From the NCBI RefSeq assembly GCF_030144855.1, contig NC_082708.1:46314001-46378000 (forward strand): a stretch of 64,000 bases of DNA, written 5' to 3'. A model generated the notes under the pieces. It was not told where the DNA came from, searched no databases, and saw nothing but the letters and a program-made list of their open reading frames with translations. This document shows, in pieces, positions 63,096-64,000 of this stretch. Source of the stretch: Hypanus sabinus (Eukaryota). Every line of letters begins with the position of its first letter. Position 1 is the stretch's first letter. The position numbers and the translations under genes were made by a program.

Positions 63096-64000
63096 TTGCA
63101 ACAAAAAAAAGAGAAATTACGAATAGATTTTCTGTTGTCTAAAGTGTATGGTAACTATTAGAAGAATATTTTACCCTGGTAACTCGGGTGGTTTCTTTGG
63201 TAGAAACTGTAAGTGATGGTATTTCAAATCCTGATTGTGTACTTCAAGCCTATAGATTCTTTTGGTGATAGGTGAAAGACTCATTACTTTTTTTTTAAAA
63301 AAGAGTGAGACAAGATTAAGAATCGTGATGGTGAGCTTCCTTCTTGATATTGCCACACTTCTGGTTAAAGTATTTTCATAAGTCTTTTGGCTAGGGAGTT
63401 TTGTGATTTAATAGTGATGAAGGAGAAGCAATATATTTCTATGTCAAAATGAAATGGGTCTTGAAGGGGACTCTGAAAGTAAAGGTGCTCCCATGCACAT
63501 GTCTTTAGCTGATACGGGCTGCAGGTTCGGAAGATGCGGCTAAATTAGCCTGGGTGAGCAATTGTAGTGCATACAGGTGAACAGGTGCACAGGCACTGTA
63601 CACCTGTGGTGGACGGGATTAATTTTTAGGATGGTTCTGTGAAATAAAGGTGCTGCCTTTTGGTGTGAGCCATTGGTCTTGCACTCATTCAGGCAAAATG
63701 GGAATTATTCTATTGTGCTACTGATTTGTGTTTTTGTCATGGCCCTTTGCACTTTATTTGCCTACTTACATTGCACCGTCTCTCTGTAACTGTAACACTA
63801 TATTATTATTGTTTCTTCCTTTTTTTATTACCTTGGCATACTTGCATTTGGAAATGACCTGTTTTAATGGCACCCTCAACAAAGCTTTTCACTGTAACTT
63901 GGTACATCTGACATTAATAAACCAATTGGCTTGCAAATGCTGGAAAGGCTATATGCTGTTAAAAAGCGAGTCATTCTCCACAATGTACCAGACTTTCTAA

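Overview
Vertebrate genomic DNA. The repeat content (CR1, Rex1/Babar, RTE, V-SINE/HE1-like SINEs, Penelope-type terminal repeats) suggests a cartilaginous fish, most plausibly a ray; this is inference, not proof. The + strand carries the last six coding exons of the Hippo-pathway kinase LATS2 (23741-43205, all GT-AG and phase-consistent). Its first coding exon lies upstream of the window, so 1-23740 is intron. Next come the LATS2 3' UTR, about 13 kb of repeat-rich intergenic DNA, and the CpG-rich promoter and first coding exon of XPO4 (57831-57896), in the same order and orientation as in human. I cannot support a wholly new protein-coding system. The most unusual signals are non-coding or mobile. 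(i) An internally deleted pogo/Tc2 (POGK-like) transposon sits in sense within a LATS2 intron; it keeps its DNA-binding-domain ORF, an in-frame AG and an AATAAA. (ii) A 30-copy 39/41-bp minisatellite has four binary variant sites and a higher-order unit. (iii) Three short non-tandem local duplications lie in one intron, one apparently templated into a Tc1-like MITE. (iv) Palindromic Penelope-type insertions carry degenerate hammerhead-ribozyme cores. (v) A TSD-flanked, ORF-less RTE derivative is present. (vi) A 30-bp near-perfect pre-miRNA-like hairpin lies in XPO4 intron 1. (vii) There is a candidate 1.3-kb solo LTR. (viii) Three 8mer miRNA sites cluster just after the LATS2 stop. Repeat boundaries were read by eye and are approximate unless a TSD or TIR is quoted.
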